64,000 nucleotides of DNA from a bacterium (GCA_040756235.1 JBFLZG010000066.1:1-64000); one strand, 5' to 3'; shown: positions 1-13,028, counted from the first letter of the stretch. Numbers and translations: made by a program. The notes: generated from the letters alone by a model not told the origin.

Positions 1-197
1 GTCACTGCTCCGACGCAATTTCCCGAGCCGAGCGGGAACCAAGCTGGTTGGGTGGGGCAAGGAATCATCTCGCTTCCCGAAGCCTCCTCAAGGGCCGCCT
101 TTCGTCTATGATGCCCGGCCAACGCCGCCTGAGCGGCCGCGCGCCGCCGTCCCGAGCGCAGCGAGGGACCTCCCGGAGCAGAGGGATTCTCGCTTGC

Positions 198-380
198 GAG
201 GCTGTGTCATATTTCGTCATCCCGGCCCTGTTGCGGAGCGCGTGGGAGCCGGGATCCAGAAGGACCCATCAGGTAAGGGCGACCGCCGGTCGCCCCTACG
301 AATCAGTGGGTGCAGGGACTGGACTCCGGCCCCTGCCCCGGACTCCGATCCGGGGTTTGACCGGCTTATGACACAGCCTC
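198..380. mobile_element. MITE-like element with 14-bp terminal inverted repeats and TTGC target duplication, carrying REP hairpins
   Basis: GAGGCTGTGTCATA (198-211) / TATGACACAGCCTC (367-380). TTGC at 194-197 and 381-384. Removing it restores a REP like the one at 28861-28892. Confidence 0.8.
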
Positions 381-492
381 TTGCGCGGGAATGACGGGCC
401 TGTTGTCACAGCCTCCTTCGCTGGAATGGCGGAAAGGGCGGAGACACGCGTGCGGCTTGGTCGGTCCTACCCGGGTGCACCTGGCCGGGGTA

Positions 493-722
493 GCAGCGGT
501 TGGTGGACACGCTTCGCTTTGTCCACCCTACGGGGTGCCACCCTTCCGGGCCGGCAGCGGTTGGTGGACACGCTTCGCTTTGTCCACCCTACGGGGTGCC
601 ACCCTTCCGGGCCGGCAGCGGTTGGTGGACACGCTTCGCTTTGTCCACCCTACGGGGGTGCCACCCTTCCGGGCCGGCAGCGGTTGGTGGACACGCTTCG
701 CTTTGTCCACCCTACGGGGTGG
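493..722 (-). repeat. Tandem array of 4 GTAG-type REPs, 61-62 bp period
   Basis: GGTGGACACGCTTCGCTTTGTCCACCCTAC at 502-531, 563-592, 624-653 and 686-715, with near-identical linkers. Confidence 0.95.
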
Positions 723-724
723 GG

Positions 725-1962
725 CTACTCGGGGGGGGACCGCAATGGGCAGGTGAGCCGGACGACGGTCCCCTTTTCGGCCGCGGAATCGATGTGGAGT
801 GTGCCGCCCATGAGCGTGGCCCGCTCCCTCATGGAGACGAGCCCCATGCCGCTCTTCCTGCGGAAGGCCTCTTCCAGATCGAAACCTCGCCCGTCGTCCC
901 GGACCACGACTTCCAGCCGGTCGCCGTTCCGGGTAACCAGCATCTCCGCTCTTCCGGCTCTGCTGTGCTTGGCCACATTGTTCATGGCTTCCTGCAGGAT
1001 TCGGTAAACCAGGATCCGATGCTCCGGGGAAATGTCCTCATCCTGAAGCTCGATCCGCGTCTCGAGGCGGATGTTCGGGTAGCTCGTCTGAAACTCGCGG
1101 GAGAACCAGCTCAGGGCGGGCACGAGCCCCACGTCGTCCAGCAGGGAGGGCCTCACGCTCAACTGCAGCATCCTGCACTGGACGATCGCTTCCTGCACGT
1201 ACGCCACGAGCGTGTGCAGGGTCTTTTCGGCCTCTGCCGGGGCGGCCTTCATGGCGTCGAGCGCGTGCTCGATCCGGTACTTGATCGCGCTGAAATAACC
1301 ACCCAAGTTATCATGTATCTCGTGGGCGACCCGCATCCTTTCGTGCTCGAGCACCTTGAAAAGCTGAGAGGCGAGGTCCTGGGAGTATTGCCTCGTTCTT
1401 TCGAGTATCTCCTTGGCCGACTGCTGGCCCGTGACGTCCGAGACGGTGGAAAGCATCTGGTGAGAATCTTCTCCCCCGCTCGATACCAGTACGGTCGTTA
1501 CGAGCGCTTCGAAAGGGGTGCGGCCTTTTCTGCCCAGTCTGATCTGACAGGACCGGGGCGATCCGCCCTGAAGGACCATCCTTCTGTGATGGTGAAATTG
1601 ATCCCGATGCTCCGGCAGGACCAAGAGTGAAAATGGGGCCAGGGACATGTTGGAACGTCCGATGCCCAGCAGCCTGCCTGCCGCAAGGTTCATCTCCAGG
1701 ACCCGGCCGGATTGGTCCAGGAGCAAACAGGGGCAAGGGGAATGCTCAAAGAGGCTGAAGTACTTGCTGCGCGACTCCTCGACCGCGATCTGCATCTCGA
1801 CGAGATATTCCTTCTCGGCCTCGAGTTGAACCTCGCGCGCCTCGATCTCCTCGAGAAGCCTCGCCAACTCCACGTCCGAGAGCCTGCGGATTTCTTCTGG
1901 GCTCGCCCGCTTTCGGAGGAGAAGGGTCTTCCTGCCGCCTGACTCCGACGAATCCGCCACCC

Positions 1963-1966
<4 letters not shown>
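725..1966 (-). CDS. PAS-domain sensor histidine kinase (HisKA_3/NarX-type)
   Basis: ERMRVAHEIHDNLG H-box, QEAMNNVAKHS N-box, DDGRGF, GMGLVSMRER. Coupled to the upstream CheB-CheR gene by a 4-nt overlap. Confidence 0.92.
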
Positions 1967-5055
<3,089 letters not shown>

Positions 5056-5311
5056 TCTGTTCTCCTTTGCTGCCGGGCGGCGGGAGCAGGGTCTCGCGCG
5101 GTGGACAGTCGCAGCTCTTGGGCGTAATTCATGTATCTTATATCTTAATACGATTCCCTGCGCCAATTATACCCGGTCGGTCAGGCTGTCTTGTTTTTTT
5201 TGAATCAGGGGGTTTGTATCGGCTCCGATTTCGTTTGCGCGCCGCTCGTCTTGTGCCCTAGAATTCTTGTTTATCGAGCGGCGACTGAAGTCCCTCCCGA
5301 CGCGCCTTTAG

Positions 5312-5400
5312 GAGAGGGTGTCAAGAAATGAACTCCCTTTCCTCCGCGCACGGGGATGCACCCCTCATCCTGACCTTCTCCCCTCGGCGAGGGGAGAAGG
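5312..5400. repeat. CCCCTCAYCC...GGGGAGAAGG palindromic repeat behind a MITE-like end; related copies at 13140-13178, 26065-26203, 60013-60150
   Basis: CCCCTCATCCTGACCTTCTCCCCTCGGCGAGGGGAGAAG recurs near-identically. Confidence 0.85.
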
Positions 5401-5441
5401 TATCAGGCAGGCGTGTCCACCGATCCAGGAGCACCACCCCG

Positions 5442-5471
5442 GTAGGGTGGACAAAGCGAAGCGTGTCCACC
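5442..5471 (+). repeat. GTAG-type REP
   Basis: GTAGGGTGGACAAAGCGAAGCGTGTCCACC hairpin; half copy at 5407-5421. Confidence 0.9.
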
Positions 5472-5515
5472 AACCTAAGAAATTCGGCTCATACTAAAGG
5501 CAAGGAGGTCTTGAC

Positions 5516-8239
5516 ATGACGACCTTCACCCTCAACGGAAAGCCCGTGTCGCTCGATCTGCCCGGCGACGTCCCTCTGCTCTGGGTGCTGCGCGAACATC
5601 TGCGGGCCACGGGAACCAAGTACGGGTGCGGCATCGGCCAGTGCGGCGCCTGCACGGTTCACGTCAACGGGGCTGCCGTGCGCTCCTGCACGCGCGCCCT
5701 GGCCACCGTGGAGGGAGCGGAGGTCGTAACGATCGAAGGGCTGAAGGGGAGGGTGCAGGAGGTTCTGCGCAGGCACTGGATTCGGGAGCAGGTCCCCCAA
5801 TGCGGCTACTGCCAGTCGGGCGCGATCATGCAGGCCGCGGACCTGCTCGCGAAGAAGCCGAGCCCTACGGACGCCGACATCAGCCGGGCCATGAACCCGA
5901 TCCTCTGCCGCTGCATGACCTACCCCAGGATGAAGGAGGCGATCCGCGCCGCCTCGCTCGAGCTCAGAGGGCAGGGGCCGGACGCCCCCGGAGAGGGAGC
6001 CCCCTTCTCCGCGCGCTCGTCCGGTCCCGGCGAGCCGGTCGTCTTCAGCTGGATGGAAGAGGCCGCCGGGGCGCCTGCCGGAGGGAATCGCGCCCGCAAT
6101 CTCTGGTTCGAGATGGATGCGAAGGGAGTAGCCACGGTCAACATCAGCAAGTCCGAGATGGGCCAGCACGTTGGGACAGCGCTGGCGCAGGCTCTGGCCG
6201 AAGAGCTGGAAGTGCGCTGGCAGGACGTGCGGATCCGCCACGTGGACCCGGAGCCCAAGTGGGGCCCGATGATCACGGGAGGGAGCTGGAGCGTGAATGC
6301 CACCTTCGACGATCTGAGTCGCGCCGGCGCAGCCGGGCGTATCGCCCTGATCCGGGCCGGCGCCCAGTTCCTGGGCGCGGATTCGGGCCGCTGCACGGCC
6401 GCGGAGAGCCGCGTCACGGAGCCGGACTCGGGCCGTTCCATTACATATGCGGAGATCGTTCAAAGGACGGCCGTCTCCGCGGAGCTGAGTACGGAAGAAA
6501 TGAGGAAGCTCCAGCTCAAGGCGCCCAAAGACTACATGCTCGTTCGGCGTTCCCTGGACGCCCTGGACATCCCGGCCAAGACCGACGGCAGTGCCCGCTA
6601 CGGCATCGACGTCTTCCGCCCCGGCATGGCGTACGGCAGGATCGTTGCGCCGCCCGTGCGCTACGGAGCCCGGGTGCTCAAGGTGGACGACGGCGAGGCG
6701 CGGAAAATCCCCGGGTTCATCCAGGCCGCGGTGCTGGACGACCCGACCGGAAACGTGACGGGGTTCGTGGTAGCGGTGGCCGAGACGTGGCACGCAGCCG
6801 CCGAGAGCGCCAAGGCGCTCAAGGTGAAGTGGGACAAGGGGCCGAACAAGGCCGTGGACAGCGCGGCTCTTGCGAGAGCGGCGGAGGCGCTCGCAGAGAA
6901 CCCGGCCAGGGGCGGCGACTGGGTGCTCGAGGGTGAGCCCGGGAAGGTCGTGGCGGCCGCAAGTAGAAAGCTCACGGCCCGGTACACGACGAGCATGAAC
7001 CTGCACGCGCCCCTGGAGCCAGTGAACGCGATCGTCGAGCTCCAGGGCGACGTCTGGCACTGCTGGAGCGGCAATCAGAACCAGGTCGCGGCCGTCCCGA
7101 TGATGGCCCAGGCCCTGGGCGTGGACGCGGACAAGGTCGTCATCCACCAGCACTACCTCGGAGGAGGGTTCGGCCGGCGGCTCGATCAGGACTACATCGT
7201 GGTGGCGGCGCTCACGGCCAAGGCGGCGGGCAGGCCGGTCAAGATCATCTACACCCGGGAGCAGGACCTGCAGCTCGACGTCCCGCGCTCGCCGAGCCTT
7301 CAGGTGATGCACGGAGCGCTCGACGTGGAGGGACGGCTGGAGGCTGTAACCCACGACGTGGTCGCCGGCTGGCCGACGGTGCGCGTGTTGCCGGCCTTCA
7401 TGGCCGCCACCCCGGACAATAAGACGACGGTCGACGCCTTCGCCGTGAACGGCGCCGATTTCTGGTACAGCGTGCCCCACCACCGCGTGCGGGCCATCCA
7501 GCACGATCTCGCCCAGCAGGCGATCCCGCCCGGCTACCTGCGCTCGGTCGGCCCCGGCTTTACGAACTTCGCGGTGGAGAGCTTCATCGACGAGATGGCG
7601 GGGCTGGCCGGCGTCGATCCGGCCGAGTTCCGCCGCCGCATGCTCGACGGTAAGGGGAAGCAGGCGGGCCACGCGCCGAACGCGGTGGGGGGGGCTGCCC
7701 GGCTGGCCCATGTGCTCCGCGAGGTCGTCGAGAGGTCCGGCTACGGAAAGAAGACCCTGCCCGAGAACGCGGCCATGGGCCTCGCTTGCTCCTTCGGCCA
7801 AGAGCGCACCATGCCGACCTGGCTGGCCTGTGTCGCCGAGGTGCACGTTGAACCGGCGAGCGGCAAGTTCAGGGTGACCAAGCTGATCCTGGAGGCCGAC
7901 GTGGGCATCGCGGTCAATCCCGGGAGCACCATGGCCCAGATGCAGGGCGCCCTGCTCTGGGGCCTGAGCCTGGCGACCAAGGATGCGGCCACCGTTGCCA
8001 AGGGCGCCATCCAGGAAGCGAACTTCAACAAGTTCAAACCGCTCAGGATGGCGGACGTGCCGGAGCTCGACATCTGCCTCGTCGAGAACGACTACTTCCC
8101 GGTGGGATCGGGCGAGCCGGCCGTGGCGATCGTGGCGCCCGCGGTGGCCAACGCGATCGCCCGGGCCGTGGGCGCCCGCGTGCGGGACCTGCCGATCACC
8201 CCGGAGCGCGTAAAGGCCGCGCTGGGTGCATCCCGGTAG
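5516..8239 (+). CDS. Xanthine-oxidase-family molybdoenzyme: IorA-like 2x[2Fe-2S] domain fused to IorB-like Moco-binding domain
   Basis: GCGIGQCGAC, QCGYCQ and LCRC; SEMGQ, TGGSWS, HAPLEP, GGGFGRR and GSGEP motifs. AGGAGG RBS. Confidence 0.9.
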   Translation: MTTFTLNGKPVSLDLPGDVPLLWVLREHLRATGTKYGCGIGQCGACTVHVNGAAVRSCTRALATVEGAEVVTIEGLKGRVQEVLRRHWIREQVPQCGYCQSGAIMQAADLLAKKPSPTDADISRAMNPILCRCMTYPRMKEAIRAASLELRGQGPDAPGEGAPFSARSSGPGEPVVFSWMEEAAGAPAGGNRARNLWFEMDAKGVATVNISKSEMGQHVGTALAQALAEELEVRWQDVRIRHVDPEPKWGPMITGGSWSVNATFDDLSRAGAAGRIALIRAGAQFLGADSGRCTAAESRVTEPDSGRSITYAEIVQRTAVSAELSTEEMRKLQLKAPKDYMLVRRSLDALDIPAKTDGSARYGIDVFRPGMAYGRIVAPPVRYGARVLKVDDGEARKIPGFIQAAVLDDPTGNVTGFVVAVAETWHAAAESAKALKVKWDKGPNKAVDSAALARAAEALAENPARGGDWVLEGEPGKVVAAASRKLTARYTTSMNLHAPLEPVNAIVELQGDVWHCWSGNQNQVAAVPMMAQALGVDADKVVIHQHYLGGGFGRRLDQDYIVVAALTAKAAGRPVKIIYTREQDLQLDVPRSPSLQVMHGALDVEGRLEAVTHDVVAGWPTVRVLPAFMAATPDNKTTVDAFAVNGADFWYSVPHHRVRAIQHDLAQQAIPPGYLRSVGPGFTNFAVESFIDEMAGLAGVDPAEFRRRMLDGKGKQAGHAPNAVGGAARLAHVLREVVERSGYGKKTLPENAAMGLACSFGQERTMPTWLACVAEVHVEPASGKFRVTKLILEADVGIAVNPGSTMAQMQGALLWGLSLATKDAATVAKGAIQEANFNKFKPLRMADVPELDICLVENDYFPVGSGEPAVAIVAPAVANAIARAVGARVRDLPITPERVKAALGASR

Positions 8240-8267
8240 GGTGGACAAAGCCGCAGGCGTGTCCACC
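8236..8267 (+). repeat. GTAG-type REP left of RAYT
   Basis: GTAGGGTGGACAAAGCCGCAGGCGTGTCCACC; its TAG is the stop codon of the upstream gene. Confidence 0.92.
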
Positions 8268-8306
8268 ACAAATGAACTACCCATTCCCTGATCTGAGACG
8301 ATTACT

Positions 8307-8825
8307 TTGAGCGACTACAGAAGGCACTACGTGGAAGGAGGGTGCTATTTCTTCACGGTTGTCACCCATGGCCGAAGCCGTCTTCTGACGGAAGGCGGCC
8401 GGTTTGAGAGACTCACCAATTCATTTCACTACGCCATCAGGAAAAGGCCTTTTGTGGTGGAGGCGATGGTCGTACTGCCTGATCATCTCCACTGCATCTG
8501 GAACATGCCGCAGAATGACGCGGACTTCTCCATCCGATGGATGCTCATCAAGAGACACTTCTCGGCGGGGATCAAAGCTGTTCCCAATGACCGTCGCGAA
8601 AAGCCCATCTGGCAACGGAGGTTCTGGGAACACCGCATACGTGACGAGCAGGATCTGGAGCGGCACATGGACTACGTCTTCTACAATCCGGTCAAACACG
8701 GATATGTGAAACGACCGGCGGATTGGGAATACGGTTCGTTGCGACAAGCGATCGCAAGAGGGCTGTACGCTGAGGGCTGGGGAGCAGAGGAGCCTCGATC
8801 GGTGACAGGTTTGGAGTTGGAGTGA
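8307..8825 (+). CDS. rayT: REP-associated tyrosine transposase (RAYT, Y1 HUH family)
   Basis: YFFTVVT, VVLPDHLHCIW (HUH), WQRRFWEHRIRD and DYVFYNPVKHG. Flanked by inverted GTAG REPs; visibly lower GC than its neighbours. Confidence 0.95.
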   Translation: MSDYRRHYVEGGCYFFTVVTHGRSRLLTEGGRFERLTNSFHYAIRKRPFVVEAMVVLPDHLHCIWNMPQNDADFSIRWMLIKRHFSAGIKAVPNDRREKPIWQRRFWEHRIRDEQDLERHMDYVFYNPVKHGYVKRPADWEYGSLRQAIARGLYAEGWGAEEPRSVTGLELE

Positions 8826-8871
8826 GGGAGCCTCAGCCCAGGGTTGGTGGACTACCGGAATAGCACCCTGG

Positions 8872-9035
8872 GTGGCAGGGGTTGGTGGACACGCTTCGCT
8901 TAGTCCACCCTACGGGGGTGTGCCGGGACGCTGTGGCAGGGGTTGGTGGACACGCTTCGCTTAGTCCACCCTACGGGGGTGTGCCGGGACGCTGTGGCAG
9001 GGGTTGGTGGACACGCTTCGCTTTGTTCACCCTAC
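8872..9035 (-). repeat. Tandem array of 3 GTAG-type REPs, 61 bp period, right of RAYT
   Basis: REP copies at 8884-8913, 8945-8974 and 9006-9035; degenerate start near 8841. Confidence 0.95.
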
Positions 9036-9063
9036 CTCTTGTTCATCCCCCCTCAAGACACGA

Positions 9064-10227
9064 CTAGATCACGGTGAGGTCGAGGGGGGTGCGGGTCAGC
9101 ATCTCGCCGCCGGCGGGCGTCACCCGGACCGGGCACTCGAGCCGCATGCCGCCCACGTCGGGAACGTTCATGACGAGCGCCGCCACCTCGACGACGTTCT
9201 CCTCGAGCACGAGGTCCCGGAACTCGGCGCTGTCCACGATCGCCGGATACCACTCGTGACCGATCACGCCGATGCCGTGCCCGAAGGCGGGCAGGGTGTA
9301 AGGCCGGTATCCCGAGGCGCTGACCTCCTCCTGCACGGCCTTCCAGACCTGTCCGACCGTGGAGCCGGCCTTCAGGGAGGCGACCAGCTTCTCGGCGGCC
9401 CGGACGTACGCGTCGGCAAGCTTGCGCTGCTCGGGCGTCGGCTCGCCGATCACGTAATTGTGGGAAAGGTCGGAATAGTAGTGCCGGTAGGTGGGGTGCA
9501 TGTCGACCAGCAGGCTCTCGCCCTTCTGCAGGAGCTTCTCGGTGGGCGGCGTGCACCCTCCCAGGTTGTACCAGGTACGGCGGCCCGAGGCGATCTCGGA
9601 GGAGCCGGTCACGGGCCAGTGAAACTCGCTTCCCAGCCTGCGCATCTCCAGCTCCCCGATGCCTGCGATCTCCATCTCGCTCATGCCCACTGAGAGAGAC
9701 TCCATCACCCTCTCCTGGGCCGCGTCCGCAATGGCGGCAGCCTGCCTGAGGAGCTTGATCTCCTCGGCGTCCTTTACGTAGGTCACCCTGTCGACCACGT
9801 CCAGGGCGTTGACGAACCGGGCGCCGGGAAGGGCTTCCTTGAGGAGCTCGTGCTCCGTGGCGAAGAGGTACCCTGCGATCACGCGGGGCGAGTGGCCGAG
9901 CTCCAGACCAACGGTCGCCCGCTCGAAGCCCTGTTCGCGGATCTGGGCCAGCGTGACTTCCCACAGCTCCATTCCCGGCAGAGGGGCACAGCCTTTGACG
10001 TTCTCCAGCCAGGAATCGTCCCGGACCCGCTCGAAGTCCATGAGCAGCGTGTTCAGGCCCACGTAGCCGTCCCGGGACACCAGGAGCACGCTGCGCCAGG
10101 GCACGAACGCGCCCGCCACGTACGTAATGCTCTTGCCGCGGGTGGCCACGAGGAGGTCGATGCCCCTGGCCTGCATTTCCTCGCGGATCCGCCGCAGCCG
10201 CTTCGGATAGTCGATGTAGGCATCCAT
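9064..10227 (-). CDS. M24 family (Xaa-Pro peptidase/creatinase-like) hydrolase
   Basis: Creatinase-like N-terminus; KDAEEI, LVDMH...YYSD, GHGIG...HE and GGMRLE motifs. Confidence 0.85.
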   Translation of the reverse strand: MDAYIDYPKRLRRIREEMQARGIDLLVATRGKSITYVAGAFVPWRSVLLVSRDGYVGLNTLLMDFERVRDDSWLENVKGCAPLPGMELWEVTLAQIREQGFERATVGLELGHSPRVIAGYLFATEHELLKEALPGARFVNALDVVDRVTYVKDAEEIKLLRQAAAIADAAQERVMESLSVGMSEMEIAGIGELEMRRLGSEFHWPVTGSSEIASGRRTWYNLGGCTPPTEKLLQKGESLLVDMHPTYRHYYSDLSHNYVIGEPTPEQRKLADAYVRAAEKLVASLKAGSTVGQVWKAVQEEVSASGYRPYTLPAFGHGIGVIGHEWYPAIVDSAEFRDLVLEENVVEVAALVMNVPDVGGMRLECPVRVTPAGGEMLTRTPLDLTVI

Positions 10228-10491
10228 GCGATCCTCCCTGTTGACGGGATCCGGACGGCTGATCATAGGGAAGCAGGTCTGCCCGTGTCAATTTTTCAGG
10301 GGCCTACGAGAGCGCGAGCCGCTCGAGCGGCGGCGCAGGATGAACGCGATTCGGGCAGGAGGCAGGATTCACGGACCTCGTAGGGGCGCCGCTTGTCGCG
10401 CCCTCCCGGGGCCTTGCAAAGTCTCTGCCTCCGGCGCAAGAATCAGGCGCGGGATGAGACCGGGCCGCAGGAAATTCAGAGGAGGAGAATC

Positions 10492-12132
10492 ATGGACGCG
10501 GTACTCGAGGCCAACCTGATGAGGCGCCTTTGCGTGGGCGACATCCTGAAGAGGACGGCCCTCAACAAGCCGAACCAGGAAGCGATCGTTTACTACTACG
10601 GCGGCGAGGTCCGCGGGCGGGTGACCTACGCGGAGCTCGACCGCAGGGCCAACCGCTTCGCCAACGCGCTCCTGGAAATGGGCGTGAAGAAGGGCGACCG
10701 GGTCGCGATCCTCTCCTATAACTGCATCCAGTACGCCGTCTTCATCGCGGCCCTGGCCAAGATGGGGGCGTGGATCACCCCGCTCAACTACGCCCTGAAG
10801 GCGCGGGAGATCCAGCCCCTGATCCGGCATGCGGGGCCAGTGATGTTCGTCGCCGAGGACGACATGGTCGCGACCGTGCGCGAGATCGAGACCGAGCTGC
10901 CGAGCGTCCGGCATTTCGTCATGATCGACCTGAACGGCAGGACGGCCCTTCCCGCCGGGTGGCTCGATTTCGACGAGCTCTGCTCGGATCGGCATTCCGG
11001 CGAGGAGCCCGCGGTCGCGATCACGGGCGACGACGTGCTCACGCTCATGTACACGAGCGGCACCGAGGCCATGCCCAAGGGGGTCATGAACAGCCACGCG
11101 AACTGGCACGCTTCGATCATGAACATGGCCCTCGATTTCGGCCCCATCATCCTGCCGGACGACACCGGGCTCGGGGTCGTCCCTCTGTTCCACGTGGCCG
11201 GCCACATCGCGCTGCTGACCGCCTACGCGTACGGCACCCGGATGGCCATGCTGCACCGGCCCGACCCCCCGGTCGTGATGAAGGTGTTCGAGACCGGCGA
11301 GATCACGAGCGCCAACATTTCGCCGACGGTCATGGCCAACATCGTCAACATGCCGGGCGGCGAGGACCTGATCCGCCGGCTCTTCGGCACCCTGCGGTGG
11401 GTGAACCTCTACGGCAGCCCCACGACGGAAGCCATGATGCGCAAGATCATGGGTCTGCTCCCCAAGGCGTACTTCCAGAACTACTACGGGCAGTCCGAGG
11501 TGACGCCGCTCGGGACGACCCTCAAGTCGCCGGACATGCTGCGGAAGATGAAAGAAGCCAGCGAGCGCTTCGGGGGCGCGGAGGCCATCGGCCAGTCCCA
11601 CGCCATGGTGGAGATGAAGGTCGTGGACGGCGACGACCGGGAGGTCCCGCCCGGCACGATGGGCGAGATGGCGGTGCGGAGCCCTTCAGTCATGCTCGGT
11701 TACTACAAGGAGGAGCAGAAGACACGCGAAACCTTCAGGAACGGCTGGCATCATACCGGCGACCTGGCGGTCATGGACGAGGAGCGGTACTACTATTTCA
11801 TGGACCGCAAGAAGGACATGATCAAGACCGGCGCCGAGAACGTGTCCTCGGTCGAGGTCGAGGGCTGGGTGGCCAAGCACCCCAAGGTGGCCGAATGCGC
11901 GGTCGTCGGCCTGTTCCACGCCCGATGGGTGGAGGCGGTGACGGCCTTCGTGGTGCCGGCGGCCGGGCAGAAGGTGGACGAGGCGGAGATCCTCGGGCAC
12001 TGCAGGGAAGGGCTCGCCGGGTACAAGTGTCCCAAGAAGGTCGTCGTGCTCGAGGCGCTGCCCAAGCTCCCGAGCGGCAAGATCCTCAAGCGCGACCTGA
12101 AGCGGGACTACCGTGACATCTACGGGCAGTGA
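10492..12132 (+). CDS. Acyl-CoA synthetase (AMP-forming)
   Basis: YTSGTEAMPKG, YGQSE, WHHTGD, DRKKDMIKTG and PSGKILK; GGAGGAG RBS. Confidence 0.93.
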   Translation: MDAVLEANLMRRLCVGDILKRTALNKPNQEAIVYYYGGEVRGRVTYAELDRRANRFANALLEMGVKKGDRVAILSYNCIQYAVFIAALAKMGAWITPLNYALKAREIQPLIRHAGPVMFVAEDDMVATVREIETELPSVRHFVMIDLNGRTALPAGWLDFDELCSDRHSGEEPAVAITGDDVLTLMYTSGTEAMPKGVMNSHANWHASIMNMALDFGPIILPDDTGLGVVPLFHVAGHIALLTAYAYGTRMAMLHRPDPPVVMKVFETGEITSANISPTVMANIVNMPGGEDLIRRLFGTLRWVNLYGSPTTEAMMRKIMGLLPKAYFQNYYGQSEVTPLGTTLKSPDMLRKMKEASERFGGAEAIGQSHAMVEMKVVDGDDREVPPGTMGEMAVRSPSVMLGYYKEEQKTRETFRNGWHHTGDLAVMDEERYYYFMDRKKDMIKTGAENVSSVEVEGWVAKHPKVAECAVVGLFHARWVEAVTAFVVPAAGQKVDEAEILGHCREGLAGYKCPKKVVVLEALPKLPSGKILKRDLKRDYRDIYGQ

Positions 12133-12400
12133 AGCGCCGGCCGAGCCGGCCGGGATTCACTCATGACCGCTGCGATTTCTGTCTCCGGGGGATCCATCCG
12201 GGAGTATCCGACGTCCAAGTAGTAGGGCTTGAACAAAGTCGGAGAGTTCCGGGCATGAGGCATAGCCGCAAGAGAACGGGCGCGGCGACTCTGTTCGCAA
12301 TCGCCATGACAACGGTCTTCGCCGCCCCTGGTTCGGCTAATTTCGGCGTTCCCCAAACGTCTGCCCTCCGGGTGCCTCAGCGGTGCGGCCACATGCTTTC

Positions 12401-12531
12401 CGTCATTCCGGCGCAGGCCGGAATCCAGTCCCTGCACCCGGTTCCTGCAGCTGGTCTGGGTGCACCCTTCTGGATCCCGGCTCCCACGCGCTCCGCAATC
12501 GGGCCGGGATGACGAAATATGAAACAGCCTC
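12401..12531. repeat. GTCAT-type REP cluster ending in a MITE-like terminus; related clusters at 25185-25303, 28757-28930, 36740-36860, 55100-55292
   Basis: GTCATTCCGGCGCAGGCCGGAATCCAG and GCCGGGATGACGAAATATGAAACAGCCTC; the latter is the reverse complement of the start of the 198-380 element. Confidence 0.85.
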
Positions 12532-12578
12532 TTTCGCGGGAAGGACGTATTTCACCAAAATTCCAGAAGGTTTGTGAG

Positions 12579-13028
12579 ATGAGACTCGACTCCAAGAGAT
12601 TCGGCATTCTGTTCCTCTTTGTCCTCGCCGCCATGGCGCTCTTGCCGCGAGGAGCCCGGGCGAGCACTTCCTGGTGGGATTTTTCGCCGCCCGAGGTGCC
12701 TCCGCTCATCCGTCTGAGCGGTTTCGTATATCCGCCCCAGGATCAGGGAAAGGTGGACGGGCTCTACACCTTCCCGATCCGCGCCGGAGGTGAAAGGATG
12801 ATCTTTAAAGTGGAGGAGTCGCGCAGCCTCAGCGGGAGCTCTCTCTCCTCCACGCTCCTCAACCACGTTTGGCCGCCGCAGCTCCAGTTCATCGGCCCCG
12901 AAGATCTCCTCCGGCAGTTCGACGACGCCGTGGGCGGGCCGGTCACGGTCACCGGCTACCTTTACGTGGGTAGCCGCCAGCTCTTCCTCCAGTCCGTGGA
13001 GCAAGGCGGATTCGAGCAGGAAGGCTGA
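12579..13028 (+). CDS. Exported hypothetical protein
   Basis: Signal-peptide-like N-terminus ending in ARA; no recognised domain. Confidence 0.65.
   Translation: MRLDSKRFGILFLFVLAAMALLPRGARASTSWWDFSPPEVPPLIRLSGFVYPPQDQGKVDGLYTFPIRAGGERMIFKVEESRSLSGSSLSSTLLNHVWPPQLQFIGPEDLLRQFDDAVGGPVTVTGYLYVGSRQLFLQSVEQGGFEQEG

Noticed and set aside
493..722. CRISPR-like array (30-nt palindromic repeat plus 31-nt spacer); the same pattern at 8884-9035
   Set aside because: Spacers are identical within each array, there are no cas genes, and the repeat is the GTAG REP flanking the RAYT.
381..1630. Plus-strand ORFs with repeated VDTLRFVHPT peptides
   Set aside because: Translations of the REP array and the antisense strand of the kinase.
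5148..5166. Sigma54 promoter upstream of cheBR (TTGGCGCAGGGAATCG, minus strand); also CTGGCACGGATTGGC at 16181
   Set aside because: The -12 GC is absent or mis-spaced (not GG-N10-GC).
8307..8825. IS200/IS605 insertion sequence with TnpB
   Set aside because: No tnpB; motifs and flanking inverted REPs indicate a RAYT.
12255..12512. Signal-peptide-like ORF MRHSRKRTGAATLFAIAM...
   Set aside because: Runs straight into repeat sequence; at most a gene remnant.
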